The position numbers were made by a program, and so were the translations under genes. From contig CBFFRP010000102.1 in assembly GCA_965644295.1 (NCBI GenBank), positions 1-11,910 of the forward strand: 11,910 bases of DNA, in the 5' to 3' direction. Under the pieces are notes generated by a model, which had not been told where the DNA came from, ran no database searches, and saw nothing but the letters and a program-made list of their open reading frames with translations. The stretch is from Paraphysomonas bandaiensis. Taxonomy: Eukaryota > Protista > Chrysophyceae. This document shows, piece after piece, positions 11,162 through 11,910 of the stretch; positions within the stretch are counted from its first letter, which is position 1; the number at the start of each line of letters is the position of its first letter.

Positions 11162-11910
11162 GTGTGCTACTGTGTTAATGAAAAGAGTAAAGAATTATGT
11201 GGATCGCTCTGAAAAAGTAGGTGACTGCTTTATATTCAACGTCGGTGATATAGTGAGAAATATTCGTGCAGTTATCCACAGTGACACTAAATCCGATAAA
11301 TCAGAACTCAAGTACTTGCTAGTGCTATTCCCTTAATAAAAAGTTTCCGAATTTCCTCACCTGAAAATTTCTCGTCCGTGGAGCACGTAGATTAGTGACA
11401 GAAGAATAAAAGCACACAACGTATTGCGGTATAACACAATGTCATGTACATCCTATTGTATCAGAAAGTGGAAATTCCATCAGGAAAATGGAAAGTATCA
11501 ATATTATACTCTTTACCAATTTTGAATTTTATTAATCTTGTGTGTCGCGTCAATTAATGATGTCACACATGCTCCACATTATTTCAGCTCACGACACTCT
11601 TTTATTCCAGAATCTGAATACTCAGTTATTACTAAACTAATACAGTCGAATAGTTTGTCAACTTGAACAGACATTTAAAAATACTATCTGCCATCAAAGT
11701 AAATCTATGATTGGGTGGTCAGTACTTGGTAGTCATCACTTCATACTACCTTTCTATAAATAAAGTGCTCTAATCACGCCAAATTAAACTACATCTAAGT
11801 ACTAAATATGAAGACGTCTATTCAGTTCAGTCGATAGGTAATGTTGTAAGGCTCTTTGGTATGAAAAAACGGGGAAATGCTTTTTATAGGTATATTTCTT
11901 TACTATCTTT

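Overview
Intron-rich, compact eukaryotic genomic DNA (standard genetic code; probably a protist, stramenopile-like by inference), not a prokaryotic locus. The ORF track shows mostly exon fragments. Manual splicing gives four protein genes arranged as two divergent pairs: (1) a minus-strand protein-kinase-fold gene with degenerate catalytic motifs (probable pseudokinase, about 382-1954, 5' end unresolved); (2) a plus-strand multi-pass membrane protein resembling the FAR-17a/AIG1/ADTRP family (2164 or 2234 to 2998); (3) a complete minus-strand bifunctional P5CS (glutamate 5-kinase + gamma-glutamyl-phosphate reductase; 5486-8690, 19 exons, 756 aa); (4) a complete plus-strand secreted GH1 beta-glucosidase (9299-11161, 6 exons, about 532 aa). 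The 23 introns of P5CS and GH1 are all short (46-68 nt) GT-AG introns. About 2.5 kb of AT-rich sequence between genes 2 and 3 is unexplained. I see no convincing novel multi-gene system. The most notable items are the pseudokinase, a stop-free 3n intron in the P5CS proline-feedback loop, and an unusual SPRGP motif in P5CS.
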